DNA of 64,000 nucleotides from Octopus sinensis (GCF_006345805.1 NC_043001.1:41664001-41728000); one strand, 5' to 3'; numbered from the stretch's first letter, positions 39,570 to 53,940 are shown. Numbers and translations are program-made. The notes: generated from the letters alone by a model not told the origin.

Positions 39570-39899
39570 TAGTGGCCATGTGGTAAGTAGCTTGCTTACT
39601 AACCACATGGTTCCGGGTTCAGTCCCACTGCATGGCACCTTGGGCAAGTGTCTTTTACTATAGCCTCAGGCCGACCAAAGCCTTGTGAGTGGATTTGGTA
39701 GATGGAAACTGAAAGAAGCCCATCATATATATGTATATATGTATATATATATAGTAATACTAAGCAATAAAGGGTTTAGCAACGAATTGCCTTACCACAT
39801 ACCGAATTTAGAAATAGCAGTCAAAGAGTTATAGCTATTTCTTCTACTAAAAAGGGAGATCTCAGTAAAAACAGCAATTGGAAGGCAGACACAAACAGG

Positions 39900-39974
<75 letters not shown>

Positions 39975-40185
39975 ATGTGTTTGTGTGTCTGTGTTTGTCC
40001 CCCCAACATCGCTTGACAACCGATGCTGGTGTGTTTACGTCCCCGTAACTTAGCAGTTTGGGAAAAGAGACCGATACAATAAGTACTAGGATTACAAAGA
40101 ATAAGTCCTGGGGTCCATTTGCTCGACTGAAAGCAGTGCTCCAGCATGGCCACAGTCAAATGACTGAAACAAGTAAAAGAGTAAG
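39570..40185 (+). mobile_element. SINE family B with a ~150-bp insertion (39752-39900) in its microsatellite
   Basis: Intact head gtggccatgtggtaagtagc...ggttcagtccc and tail ...ctccagcatggccacagtcaaatgactgaaac. Confidence 0.9.
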
Positions 40186-41599
40186 TGATGGGTGTTGATT
40201 ACAAGGAGATCATGAAACAGATAGTGAAGACAGGTAGTACAGAAAGGGTGATGATAGGGAATACCAGATACTACCAATATTGGCAGAACAATACAATGAA
40301 CCGAAGAGTGAGTGAGTGGAGGGTGGATAAGAATGATCAATGATAGATAGATGAATGATCAATGATGAATTATAAACAAGATTGACAGGGTAATATTACG
40401 CATTATATTATGAGATATATATTTGTAGTCAGGGATATAAATATCAGTAAAAAATGTATTAGATTTGCTGGACTGACATTTTGGAGGAAAGTAAAGCTGG
40501 GATAACAAATGATAGTGAGATATAATATGGGAGAAGGGCATTTCTGTTGTTATTACTGTTTAGCTTGAGGTCAGTCTCATTTGAACAGATTTATGATCAA
40601 AGGTGTTCCATGCATGACCATCCCATCTCTTTGTTTTTCTAAGGCTATATTGGCCAATGGGTCCTTTTTTTTAAACAGGAGGGTGTGATTTGAGGGAAAT
40701 TTAGATGCTATTTCTAGCAGATTTAGTAATGATGTAGAAATTCCCTCAGAAACACGTATTTAACAGTGACAAGGCAATATTTGTATTGTGGGCTGAGGAA
40801 GGTGTAAATAGAGAAAAATCATTAATAGAGAAACACCATTGATCCATTTATGCTTTGTCAACATGAGATGAACAGGGAAAACTATGATGGATTATCAGTG
40901 CTAAAAACCCCTTACAAAGGCTATTTCAAAGAAGCAATGATCAAAACGTTTCTCCTTGCAATTTGTAAAATAATTACAATAGAGATGATGTGGAAAGTTG
41001 GCAAATGATATGGTCAGCATATTGTTTTCAAAATCAAAGAAGTTGAAAATTTTTATGAGTTCAAAGTGAAGTCAATATGAGTGACAAGCAGACTATAGGG
41101 CTGCTGGAATTCTGTGATACAAATGATATTAAAATAAATCAACTTTTATAATCACAAACTAAGAAAAGAGGAAGTATGCAATTTGGGGGCAGAGAACACG
41201 CATGTGTGTGTGTGCATGTGTGTGTGTGCATGTGTGTGTGTGCATGTGTGTGTGTGTGCATGTGTGTGTGTGCATGTGTGTGTGTGTGCATGTGTGTGTG
41301 TGTACTTGCACATATTTCACTTTTCTAGCCGTCAGAATAGATGCAGGGGACAGCAAAAAAATATTAGCTAATATGAGAGCTAACAAAATAGATGAGGAAA
41401 AATGCAGAAACTGATACTGAGCAAGTGGGATGGAGCTGTGGTAGTTTAGGACTCTTCAAGGTTTTCAGTAAAGTGAAAATACATTTTTAAAAATAAAGTA
41501 AATTAAAAGTAATCATTATTTATCTGTTATTATTTATTTTGCTTGTTTCTTTTCTTTTAATACTATATTAAGATATATAAGTATTTTTTAATAGTATAC

Positions 41600-41800
41600 T
41601 GATCCAAAATTTTGGCACAAGGCCAGCAGTTTTGGGGGAGGATTAAGTCAATTACATCAGCCATCGGTATTCAACTGGTATTTATTTTATGAATGAAAGG
41701 CAAAGTCAACCGCAGTAGCACATGAAATTAGAACATAAAGTTGGAAGAAATGTCCCTGAGCATTTTTCCAGCATGTAACAATTCTATCAACTCAATGCCT
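41600..41800 (-). mobile_element. SINE family A, decayed
   Basis: attaagtcaattacatc...gaatgaaaggcaaagtcaac. Confidence 0.65.
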
Positions 41801-41817
41801 TAGTATTTTTTATAATA

Positions 41818-43136
41818 GGAGGGGCTACCCAAAAGTAAATGGAAGCATTCCCTGTGGGACAAGCCCATTGTAGTTCAGACTTCTGCCATTAGAAGCCACT
41901 TGATGCGACTCTTGATACTCTGCTGACCAGTAGTATCTACTGGAGTCGTGCTGCCATGTGGTATGTCATTGTTTAGCAGTGCTTCTCTCCTGTTCATTGA
42001 TGTTTACGATGGCTAAAGTGAAGGAACAGCATGCTTTCATGATATTCTGTTTTCTGCTGGGGAAAATAGTGGCTGAAGTAATTTCCATGCTTCAAACAGC
42101 TTACAAGGACACTGCCATGAACAAAACACAAGTTTACAAGTGGTTTTCACACTTTAGGAATGGTCACTTGTTACTTGAAGACCAATCTAATAGGACAACT
42201 GTCAACCTCCTTAACAAATGAAAACATCATGAAAATTCATAAACTGATCTTGTAGGACCATCATCAAACAACTGACAAACCTGTTGACATGATGGTGTGT
42301 CCTGGAGCTCCTGCCAACAAATTTTGAGTGAGGAATTGGGAATGAAAAGAGTTGCAGCAAAATTTGTGCTTTGCTTACTCATGGAAGATCAAAATCAGTC
42401 ATGACTGAATGTGTCATGAACTAAAAGAACAGTTGGGAGTTTGTCTGGACCTTTTTCCAGAGGTCATCACTGGTGATAAATGGTGATGCTATGGCTACGA
42501 CCTAGAAACAAAGCAGCAATCAAGTCAATGGAACCATTCAATATTACCACTTCCCAAAAAAGTCTGTCAAGCGAAGTCCAATGTCAAGATGATGCTGATT
42601 TGTTTCATCGATGTGAAAAGAATTGTCCACACAGAATTTGTTCCTTCTGGTCAATCTCTTAACCAGACATTTTACTTGGAAGTTCTGAAGTGTTTGTGAG
42701 ATGTGGTGAGATGAAAACGCTCTGCCCTGTGGCAAAGTGGAGAGTGGTGGTTTCATCACATCAATGTACCTGCACACACCACCTTGAGTATGAGACAGTT
42801 TTTGACCAAAAATGGTATGACCCTGCTTACCCACCCTCCCTATTCACCCAAGCTTTTTCCCTGCGACTTTTTTTTTTTTTGTCACCCTGAATGAAAAAGT
42901 CTTGAAAGGAAAATGCCTTGCAGATGTAGGAGAGTTGAAGAAAAAAAAACAACAGAGGCATTAAAGGGCATCACTTCACAAGAGTTCCTGGACTGCTCTG
43001 AACTGTGGAAAATGTGTCTGAACTGATGCATTGCTTCAAATGGTGAATACTTTGAAGGCAATAAAAGTAAAAGCATGTAAAACTAAGTGAATAAAATAAT
43101 ATTGCAAAATTACAGTTTCCATTGGGCATCCCCTCA
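41818..43136 (+). mobile_element. Full-length inactivated mariner
   Basis: ta|ggaggggctaccc ... gggcatcccctca|ta; KEQHAFMIFCF...VYKWFSHFRNG, VITGDKW and HPPYSP remnants. Confidence 0.9.
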
Positions 43137-43559
43137 TATATCAAAATAGTTTTCCTTTCAATATTATATTAAATTATAATAAACATAATTAAAATAGGAT
43201 ACTTAAACAATATCTTAAGATAGAATCTCTTTGTTAGCATTTAGTGTCCAGAATGTCATCAAGTGCTTGTAGCTCTCTACCAGTTGAGCAATGAAGTAAG
43301 TGAAGTTCCATGTTGGCATTCTATAGAGGATTAATGACAGGAAAAGCCACAATATTCTCAGGGAAACGCTGGGCATCAATGAAAATCAACTGACTGGTGT
43401 GTTCTGAAGGACTTTCACACTAACACTCATAGATAAATTCCACAAATCCCTGGTTTGTTTGGACATGCTACTGGGGGGCATTGACAATTCAGGACAATCC
43501 AGTCACCTTCCTTCGGTTGGGAAGGGCAAGCAGTCTTAATCAACCTGGTGGCTTTGACA

Positions 43560-44050
43560 AAGAAAGTTATGGTAAAAAAAGAAAATTTGGGTGGAGACAG
43601 AAGTATTGCCTCCCTGCAAATTTGTTAAACGGTGGATGAAAGTGGCAAGTATCTTTCAAGTAAATGGGCCAGCTCTTAGCATACACCTACATATAAGAGA
43701 GACATCAGAAATGATTTGTTGGTAGTTTTGATTTTTGTATCGCAGTATGGATGAGTGGTCAAGGCTAGGTTAATAAAATTGACCTGTAATCAGAAGGTGT
43801 TAAAGCAAAGTTGCAAGTCCTAATGATATCCAAAGGCCACAGAGCCATACTAGAACTGTTCCAGTAGAAGTTAATTTGTTAAAGGACATGCAATTAATGA
43901 TGCTAGGTAGAAAGCCTAGTTGCTACATTTGTCAGAGTAAAAGTCACTCCAGAGCTGAATACTTAAATGATCTTGGCAGATTAGGCAAAAAAGAAAAATT
44001 AAGCATAAGTAATGAAAATAACAGTAGCATCAAAAAGAACAATAGACCCC
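43560..44050 (+). mobile_element. Possible L1/Tx1-type ORF1 remnant with a decayed zinc knuckle
   Basis: GRKPSCYICQSKSHSRAEY, a CX2CX4HX4C knuckle with the last Cys lost. Confidence 0.45.
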
Positions 44051-45480
44051 AGTTTTCAGAGCAGCTCAACCGAAATTCTGGGGATGGTAAGTGAAATACC
44101 TTACTCAGTATCAATATCAGAAAGAGGTGAACAATAACCTCATCCCCTAATGTTGTCAGCTTGTAGTACAATGCCTTCATTGTTCAATGAAGAAGAAATA
44201 ATAATCACAGATGAAAATTTACAAACTGTCAGTGAATATATTAAAGGAAAAACGTTAAAATGAGACCCAGCATAAAACAACAAAAACAGGTAAGGTGAAA
44301 CAATCTCTTCCAAATGACAATGAAACTTCTCAAGAAAATAGCAAATAAAATTAAGAGAAGATAAACTGAGATTCATAATTCTCAAAGAAGTTATGACATA
44401 AAAGCAGTTCAGTTCAGAATACAACAACATGTAAAAGATAGAATGTTATTAAAATTAAAACTATGAGATTACAACAAGCTTAAAAAGTTATTCTCAAGAT
44501 GCTGGTGTTTTCTAACACCAAATATCCTAAATGATGCTTACTGGTTCTTTTGATTATGCTCGCTCACAATTTAAAAAACAGTTAAGTAAAAAGGGTTGTG
44601 GAGTACCAAACCTCAACCTAACTAGTAATCTTTCATAGCTTATTTCCTTTAATCATATCCTATTTTATTTAGTGTTTGTTTTATTGCACATTTTCTACTT
44701 GTTTCTATGAAAACATTTGTGTGTATGTGTACATATATATTTATATCAGGGATGAAGGGTCTATGTATGCATGCCTTACTTCTTTTTCTAGAATAAATAA
44801 TTTTATCCTTGTTCTCATGATATTTTTTTGTATTTCCCATTCCAGATCTTTTTTCATTCACAAAATATGAATTTTTTAAAAAGAAGAAAAAATCTGAAAA
44901 TTGGTTATAATAATGTAATCTTCTAGTCTCATTGCTTTGAAGGTATGATGTTGTAGGGAAAAAAATTGGAGGAAAAAGTTACAGAGGTTTTAAAATTGGA
45001 AAAACTGTATTTTTAGTCAATAGTGAAACAGAAATTTTCTGCGTTTAGTGGAGTGGTGTCAACTTTAAGGTTGTACACTGTGAAATTTATAGTTTAGCCT
45101 CTGTGACATGACCTGTTCATTGTAGGTTTCTAAATAAACAGAAATACCTAATAAAATCAACATATATCATCTTATTGCTTCTTTGTCTCTTCATTGATTA
45201 TTGTTTTTATTATTTTTCTTAATTTGTTATATCAATATATTTGTCTTCATGTGTTTATTTTATGCATATTTCAGTATTATGTATACCTGTCATGTGTCAT
45301 ACACAAGAATTTTTATTAATCACAACAATCTGGTAAGAGATAAATATCATTTAATAGGCAGTTTTTGTGATATTTTTGTGATGTTTTTGCATCTTTAATA
45401 ATAAAGCATATCACTCTCTCTCCAGTAGTCAAGTACTATTTTTCCCACCTTGTTTCACATTTATGTGCTTACTCTGGAAT

Positions 45481-45525
<45 letters not shown>

Positions 45526-45699
45526 TACATGTAGATTATCAGTGAAGATAGTTTTAGTATATGGAAGATGCACAGGATCCATAAAAATTTTAGAAACTCA
45601 AGAAATTCTCTCAAATGCCATGGTGGCTCATTAAAGGTAGTAGATAAGTTCTGCTCCCTAGGGAACCAAATTAGTATGGGGTGATGATACATGGAGAGT

Positions 45700-46200
45700 G
45701 TGATAGCTAGAATAAGAATAGGATGAAGGAAATTCAGAAAGCTTTTACCTCTGTTGGTCTCAATAGGTTTCTCTCTCTAAGTGAAAGGAACACTGTATGA
45801 TGCATGTATATGGACAGCAATTCTACATGATAGTGAGAAGTGGGCTCTGAATGCAGAGGACATGCAAAGGAATGGGGCTAGTATACTCTGCTGGATGTGT
45901 AATGTAAGTGTACATGTTTGACAGAGTGCCAGTGTTCTGAGAGAGCAATTAGGCATAAGAGTAATTGGTTGCTGTGCGCAAGAGAGAAAACTGTACTGGT
46001 TTGGTCATGTGATGTGAATGGATGCCAACAGCTCCATAAAAAAGTGCTGATTTCTCAAAGTATATGGAACACATGAAAGTGGGAGACTCAGGAAGACATG
46101 GGAGGAAGTCCTAAAGAACAATCTCAGGAAGCTGATCATTTCAAGCAAAATGGGAAAGGACTGAGATGCCTGGCACCTTGCTGAAATCAAGAAGACCAGT
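45700..46200 (+). mobile_element. RTE LINE 3' fragment
   Basis: Homologous to 49480-49920. Confidence 0.75.
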
Positions 46201-47210
46201 ACTTCACAGCAGAAGTGTTAAAACCGATCCTTCTGGTGGTTTAAAGCACCCATGCAGGGCCACATAAAAGCACTTTTGCAACAACATGTAAAAGATACCT
46301 TAATCAAAAGAAGTTTACATTGTTATTACAAATTCAGGTTAAAATCAAGAATACATAAATCATGCATATTAAAACAATATTTATATTTATCATACATTTT
46401 GTATAGTTATTGCTTTTGCCTTTAATATAGTTGTTTCATCCATTCCAGCTTTAACTTTTTTTTTTGAGGAGCAGTCATGTAACCGATGTATTTGCTTAGT
46501 GCCATGAAAGGAAAATTCAACTATGTAACAATTTCATATTTGTCATATTCATATTTTCTTTTAATCTCAAACCATTTTGCAATATGTTTGAAAAAAGAAT
46601 CATCAGAAAATATTTCTCTATTAAATTTTACTAAATATACTGCCAATTTCCAAGAGATTTGCTTACGTTCTTTAGTCATTAATTTTTGCCTGAATCTCAA
46701 TTGAACTGATCTTGTAATGCTTATTAAAATCTACATTTTGTTCATCATTTATTTCAACCATACAAACTATATGGGGTTTTTTCCCTTTTTTTTTTCCTGT
46801 TTTTTTTTTTTTGCATAATATATGACTTTCTAAACAATAGCCTCGTTAGATATTTAGGTTACAAAGAGAAACCCTCTATGATTCTCTTTAACTTATGTGT
46901 AACTTCTGAAAAATTAGATACCATTGATGGAGATGATTCAAATTGCAGCTTCTGGAAGATCGTTCTAAATTTTGATTGTTGAGTGAAAGATATTTCTATT
47001 CTAAGTAGGACTTGACATCGGGTATGGAAAAGGCATTTCTATGCACAAAGATGCAACAGCATCTTTTATATTGTGATGTCACCATAGTTCTTATATTTAA
47101 TGAGATGTAACTTGTCTACATTTTGTAAAACAGTATAGCTGTAGTAACCTACCTTCTGTGATATAGATTTTTAATAACTACATTAGTTTCTTTAACTATC
47201 TTTATATTAA

Positions 47211-47430
47211 CCCTTTAGTGTTTAAACTGGCCATACCTGACCCAGATATTCTACATGTTTTATATTCAAACTGGCAATATCTAGCCTCTCACACCTAACC
47301 TTCATTGACATTCTAAAAATAAACAATTACATCATTGAAACCTCAAAGCTATAAGATAATGCATGATTAATTCAAAACAATTTGAGTGAAAAAGTACTAC
47401 ATTTAACAGAGTAATCTGAACACTAAAGGG
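47211..47430. mobile_element. TTAA-flanked MITE (piggyBac-type), 220 bp
   Basis: ttaa|ccctttagtgtt ... aacactaaaggg|ttaa, a perfect 12-bp TIR. Confidence 0.88.
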
Positions 47431-48529
47431 TTAAAGTTGATTGAGAATATTATATAAAGTATTAAAGAATGAGTGAACTACTTGATACTTCAGACTTCCT
47501 TGTATTTTGAGACTATTTTATATCCTTTTTCCATACTAGTACAAAAGGAATGTTTATTTTTTTGTTGCAAATTTAGATATTTTGTATATTTTTAAAGCAA
47601 TTGTTTTACATTAACATGCTTTATGTTGCTAACAAAAATGTTAATTTTATGAAAATTAATCATGTTAATAAATGTTAAAAATATGATTAATAGAAATGTT
47701 TTTAAATAAACTATTAATGATTAATAATGTCATTAATCTTAACTCACCACAATCTAATACTTAAATCACTTTATATTTTTGTTTTGTTTTTCCACGTAAA
47801 TGGATTCATTTATTCATTCTTGTATTAGACAATATGAAGTTCTCATCTTCCCATCAATTCAGAGCTATGTCTGAATCATTCTTTTTCAATACCTATCTGT
47901 TTTACTTTCGTATAATATGTATCATAACCTTTTAGCAATGAGGCTGACACCTTATCCATTCAGCTAATTCAACTCTACTACTAATCTGATATACTATATC
48001 CCCTCATTTTTCAAACACTTAATATATCCATATGGTTGTCAATATTCTACACATCCATCTCCTATTAATCTACACAAATCTATTTCCCAAATACCAGCTT
48101 CAGTTTGCACACTAAATTTCTAATTTCAATAACTCACAATTGAAAATAAAGGAAACATTTTTGGCACAGAATTTCATTTAGGAATGTTTTTGCAATACAT
48201 TCAAGTAACAAACCAAAAAGGCTCTTTAGTTCATTATATATGTATTGATTGCATGCTGCAACAGCTGCAGTCATAATTGTCTACAATAAGCAAATTTTGG
48301 TAAGAGAAGGAAGTGAGAAAGTTGGTAAACTAATGAAAAGAATTTGGAAATGTATTGTACAGATAAAGATTTTGGATAGTTTTGTACAAAATATGGAAAA
48401 CATTAGTTAAAATTAATTAAACCAATATTGGATAAAAAGAAAACTGTTTATTAATAGACTAAGAAAGAGAACAGAAGTTTTCCTTGCCTACTGAAATTGA
48501 ATTATTTTTAGTATAATTGGTCATGGAGA

Positions 48530-50410
48530 GGGTCATAGCCCAACTAATCAGGTAATGAAGGTCACAGAGAGGATCATAGCCCAACTAATTAGGGAGAGAG
48601 TCTGCTTAGATGAGATGCAGTTCAGTTTTGTGCCAGATAGATGCATCACTGATGCTATATTCCTGGTACAGCAACTGCAGGAGAAATGCCTATCCAAAGA
48701 TAAACCCCTATATTTGGCTTTTGTGGACTTAGAGAAAGCCTTTGACAGGGTCCCCCAATCTTTTATCTGGTGGGCGATGTGGAAACTTGGGATTGATGAA
48801 TATTTAATAAGGACTTTACAGGCCCTATACAGAGATGCCGTTAGTGGGGTTAGGATTGGAAATGAGTATAGTGAAGAATTCCAAGTAGAAGTAGGGGTCC
48901 ACCAAGGATCAGCCCTCAGTCCCCTTTTATTCATCATAGTCCTCCAGGCAATAACAGAGAAAATCAAGACAGGTTGCCTCAGGGAACTCCTTTATGCTGA
49001 TAACCTGGCCTTCATAGCAGAATCACTACCAGAACTAGAAAAGAAACTTCATGTGTGGAAGCAAGGTTTAGAATTGAAGGGCCTTAGAGTCAATGTTGCA
49101 AAGACCAAAGTCTAGTAAGTAGGAAGGCAACACATCACACACCCTCAGGTAGGTGGCCCTACTCGACCTGTAGAAAAGGTGTAGATAGAAACTCCATAAG
49201 ATGTACCCATTGTAAGCTATGGACACATAAGAGGTGCAGCAACACCAAAAGAAGATTAATCAGGAAGATAGCTTTCATGTGCAGCATATGCACAGGAGCA
49301 ATAAACACCACAGATGCTCAGAAAACAGACACCATCACATGCCAGGGGCAGAAACTAGAAGTAGTTGATAGCTTCTGCTACCTAGTCTGTAGTGGGGGTA
49401 GATGCTCAGAGAGTGTTACCACTAGAATAAGAATAGCCTGGGCAAAGTTCAGAAAGCTTCTACCACTACTGGTGACAAAGGGCCTCTCGCTCAGAGTGAA
49501 AGGTAGATTGTATGATGCATGTGTGCAAACTGCCATGCTTCATGGCAGTGAAACATGGGCCATGACTACTGAAGACATGCATAGGCTTGAAAGAAATGAA
49601 GCTACCATGATCCACTGGATGTGTAATGCCAGTGTGAACACACAACAGAGTGTAAGCGCCCTGAGAGAAATGTTAGACATAAGAAGCATCAGATGCAGTG
49701 TGCAAGAGAGATGTTTGCGTTGTTATGGATAAATACAGTGGATGGGCAAGGAGAGCTGTGTGAAGAAGTGGCACTCCCAAACAGTGGAAGGAATCCGAGG
49801 TAGAGGGAGACCCAGGAAGACAAGGGATGAGGTGGTGAAGCATGACCTTTGAACATTGGGCCTCACAGATGCAATAACAAAAGATCGAGACCTCTGATGG
49901 TATGCTGTGATTGAGAAGACCCAGCAAATAAAGTGAGTCTACATCAGTGTTGCATAACCAACCCACTCAAAAGTACCTTGGATTGTAGGGCGACATTCCA
50001 TGCTTGAAGAGACCTATTGAGTTAAGTACATCAACATCAGCAATATCAAAATCAATTCAAATGGAAATTGTAGTTGTGAGCCCCGTGCTGGTAGCATGTA
50101 AAAAGCACTATCCAAACGTGGTAGATGCCAATGCTGCTTTAACTGGCTTCCCTGCCGGTGGCACGTAAAAAGCACCATCCAATCATGGTCGATGTCAGCT
50201 CCTCTGGCCCCTGTGCTGGTGGCACGTAAAAAGCACCCACTACAGTCTTGAAGTGGTTGGTGTTAGGAAGGGCATCAAGCTGTAGAAACACTGCCAGATC
50301 AGATTGGGGTCTGGTGCAGCCTCCTGGCTTCCCAGGCCCCAGTCAAACTGTCCAACCCATGCCAGTATGGAAAATGGACGTTAAACGATGATGATGATGA
50401 TGATGATGAA
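48530..50410 (+). mobile_element. 5'-truncated RTE-clade LINE with 3' UTR and (GAT)n tail
   Basis: RT motifs FVDLEKAFDRVP, GVHQGSALSPLLF, LLYADNL and LHGSETW; stops and frameshifts present. Confidence 0.95.
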
Positions 50411-50769
50411 TTCTTAGTATTAATTGCTAGAGAAGAGTTGATGTAGACACATGCAATTACAAAACAAATATTCAGATAGATTTCAATGTACTGTCTAAAA
50501 AAGGGAATATAGCTTGTGCTTTAAAGAATGAAAAAAATGTAATGAAGTGTGACATAAAACAAGTAAACTTAGGGGAATGTTAGTTCATATTATAATACTA
50601 GCTGAGACAGAGGAAATACACATAGTTTAGCAATGAGTCATTTAGTGATCCATATTTGCTCCAGTAAAGACATGTCATCTGACTCTGCTCTATTGACTTC
50701 TTCTTCTCTTTGGGAATACCATACTGCCTTTCTGATGCCATCTATAGAAATTTGTTTTCATATTTTCAC

Positions 50770-52090
50770 TTTACTGATGCCTCCAATCAAGAAAATTTGT
50801 CGGCAATACAGTACTGATTATTTATCATTTGGATTTATTCTCTCTCCTCAGAACTGTAGGTTACCAATGTGCCTTCTTTGCCATCAAACATTGACCAATG
50901 AAGCAATGACACCTTCATGCTTGAAGTATCACTTTGATGCAAAGCATTCTGACAAGAAGGACAAACTATTTTTATACTTTTTGCAACTGAGCTCCTCTTT
51001 CAAAAAGCAAATACAAACAGTCAACATGCTACTCCAGGAAACTAGTTAACAGGAGAATGATGGCTGATTTCATCGTACAACATTGCATTGATTGTTGCTA
51101 AGTCTGGGAAATCTCAGACAATCTCCTAAAGCGTGAAATTTCCCACCAGATACTAACTTTTCTTTGCATGGCACACTGGCAGCATTTAATGGCAAAAAAT
51201 ATGAACAGTAGATTGAATGATGTGCTACAGTTAGTTAACAAGACTGTGAACAAATTGAAGTCCAGTCCCTTGTCTAATCGAATTTTCCATCAACTTTGTT
51301 TGAGAAATGATGAGGACCATACTAAAGTGTGGTGGCTGTCAAAAGGAAACTGTTTTATGCTTTGTTGAACTGTTTCATATAATCATCTCTTTCTTTGAAG
51401 ATACTCCACTATCCACTTCATTGATGGTTACAAGGTGCTATGTCTTTTTTCTTTGTGATATATTCACAAAATTAAATGATTTGAATTAGTTATTACAAGG
51501 AAACAGAAAAAATCTCGTTGATTGTAAATTATTTATCACTACCTTCATTTCGAAATTGGTGTTATATAAGACTAACATTTCAAAGTGTCAGTTCCATCAA
51601 TTTCCACAACTTGATTCTTTGAAAGATGGATTGGTTGATGAGGACTTAACTATTACTACTTACAATCACTGCACGATAACATGGTGGAGCGATTTCAAGA
51701 TGTTATTGTACTGAATATTCCAAATTAGTATCGTAATCCATTTGAGGTCGATGCAGTCAATTGTGAGGATGACGTTCAAGAGGAATTGATAGGATTACAA
51801 AATGACAATAATGCCACATTGTGATATCATTGTAATGGTAAAGGTTTGTAGTACCATCAGAGTATATTGAATTCCTACCCCAATCTGTGGAAACATCTGA
51901 TATTACTTTTGCTTGACCTCCCTACTTCATACCTGATTGAATCTGGTCTCAGCCATGTTGGAACTTTACTTTCCCATAAAAGAACTGGACAGGATGTGAC
52001 ACAATGAGGAGACTTGTGGCTAAAGTTGACAAGTTTGAAACCAAATGTATCTGCACTAGCTGCATTGCACCAGACACATAGTTCTCATTA
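50770..52090 (+). mobile_element. hAT (Buster/SPIN-like) transposase remnant
   Basis: RQYSTDYLSFGF...PMCLLC...NEAMTPSCLKYHF..KH (BED finger), VNKLKSSPLSNRIFHQLC, WWLSKG, and a C-terminal SYLIESG...GDLWLKLT. Confidence 0.85.
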
Positions 52091-52169
52091 AAAAAGTTTT
52101 ACTCTTTTCCTTTATGATACAATCATTAATTATTTTTGCATCTGTAGTTCTGATCAATGGTTCATTTGG

Positions 52170-53940
52170 GGAAAATGAAAATCAGTGTAAAAGAAAGCGC
52201 ACATTTCCAGAAGTTAATCTGTCTGCTGTCCCATTCACATAAGAAACATAACATTTATGAGTAGCCTGCCCACTGGCCTAAAAGCATGCCTATAATTTTG
52301 AAATCTCCACACACTTGCCACTGGTATTCTGCATACTTTATATTTTAACAAAAGTTTTTTTAGTTTTTCATATGTCTCCTTTAGTTTTATCGAATGTGCC
52401 ACTGGAATGGATGAATACTTATTTCCATTGTGTAGCAGGACAGCCTTCAAACACCTTTTGGAGGAATCAATGAATAGCCTCTATTCAGAGAGATAGCTCT
52501 CGATCTCAAAATAGTTTAGCAGGATTGTAATCATCATCATCATTTAACGTCCGTTTTTCATGCTGGCATGGGTTAGATGGTTTGACTGGAGACTGGCAAG
52601 CCCAGAAGCCATACCAGGCTCCAATCTTATCTGGCTGTGTTTCTACTGCTGGATGCCCTTCCTAACTCCTGCTTTTTACATGCCACCAGCACAGGAGCCA
52701 ATCAGGTGGCACTGGCATCAGCCACATTCGGATGGTGCTTTTTACGTGTCACTGGCACAGGAGCCAGTCAGGGTGGGTAGGCTGGCATTGACCATGTTTG
52801 GATGGTACTTTTTACGTGCCACCGGCACAGGGAGCCAGTCAGGTGGAACTGGCAACAACCCACACATGCATGGTACTTACTGAATGCCACCAGCATTCAT
52901 CCTCAGCAAAGAATGGTAACAAATTGTGTTCCTTTTGATGAAACCAAGAGAAAAAGGTTCCTGATAACAAAAGTTTTTTTCATTTTTAGCCTAGAACCAA
53001 GAAATTCCACTACATCCTTTAGGAGGTTCAAATCTTTCACCAAATCATTGAGCTCTTCCTGTGTAAATAACTGCAGACTTTCAATTTTGTCAGGAGCATA
53101 GTCATCACCTTCTTCACATTTGTCTTCTTCATTACTATCTTTTGTAACATTCTTCAAAACAAGTGGCGGGAGAGGAACTGGAATGTCAACCTCATGTGCA
53201 ATAAGCTGTATAGCCAATGATACACTATTTTATGTTTATTTTGTGCTCTGTACCCATTGACTTTAGTAATGCAGAAACAACAATCATCAGTGTGGTTACT
53301 CGGTTCCCACCACACCATTGGAATATCTTACTGGCTTTCCAGAGTCTCTGATCCTCCACACAAGTACATCATACTTTGTGTGGAGCCCAAGATTTATCTT
53401 CATCACTGAGTTTAACATCAAAATAAGCAAAGTATAGATTTTTTACAAGATCAGTTATGTTTTGTCTCTGCTTAATGACAACAAACCTGCCACAAATGTA
53501 GCAAAATATGCCTGGATTGTTCACACACTTATGTCTATATGTACTCATCTTAAATGGAGTTTGTACGGAAATATCACCAACAACGGGAACTACTAAAACA
53601 ACACTAAAGCATCAGTTAGCAGTCATGTACACAGATTTTCAAGGTCATGTCATCTGCCAGAGTTGCCAACGACTGTTTAATAAACTTTATAATTGCTGCT
53701 ATTTTACCTTTACTAATATTAGGTCAGCATTGGTTTGTAGCAATCTATTTTGTCGAGCAAAATAAATCAGATAACCACTGTCATCTGATACCATAATAAA
53801 GGGGAAAAAAACAAAGCTTTATTAACAAAAAACTAGACATGATGCAGAAAACCTAACAGACCTGAAATCAGCGTAAAAAAATTGCACTTTAAAAAGTTAT
53901 ATAGACATTTAAACATAGAAAATCATGCAGACTTGTGTTA
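52170..53940 (-). mobile_element. Chapaev3-type (CMC superfamily) transposon, 5' part, interrupted by an RTE tail at about 52530-52896
   Basis: WAPHKV, WEPSNHTDDCCFC, FTQEELNDLVKDLNL..EFLGSRLK and RLFIDSSKRCLKAVLLHNGNKYSSIPVAHS.KLKETYE match the Chapaev3 transposase pattern as I recall it. Confidence 0.8.

Noticed and set aside
33862-48299. Small plus-strand exon candidates (33862-33891, 35278-35431, about 37216-37272, about 37897-37968, 48265-48299)
   Set aside because: Short AG..GT open frames are expected by chance in AT-rich DNA; phases are not all consistent and no domain was recognised.
48555-49732. Active reverse transcriptase gene
   Set aside because: 5'-truncated, in-frame stops and frameshifts, and catalytic YADD reads YADN.
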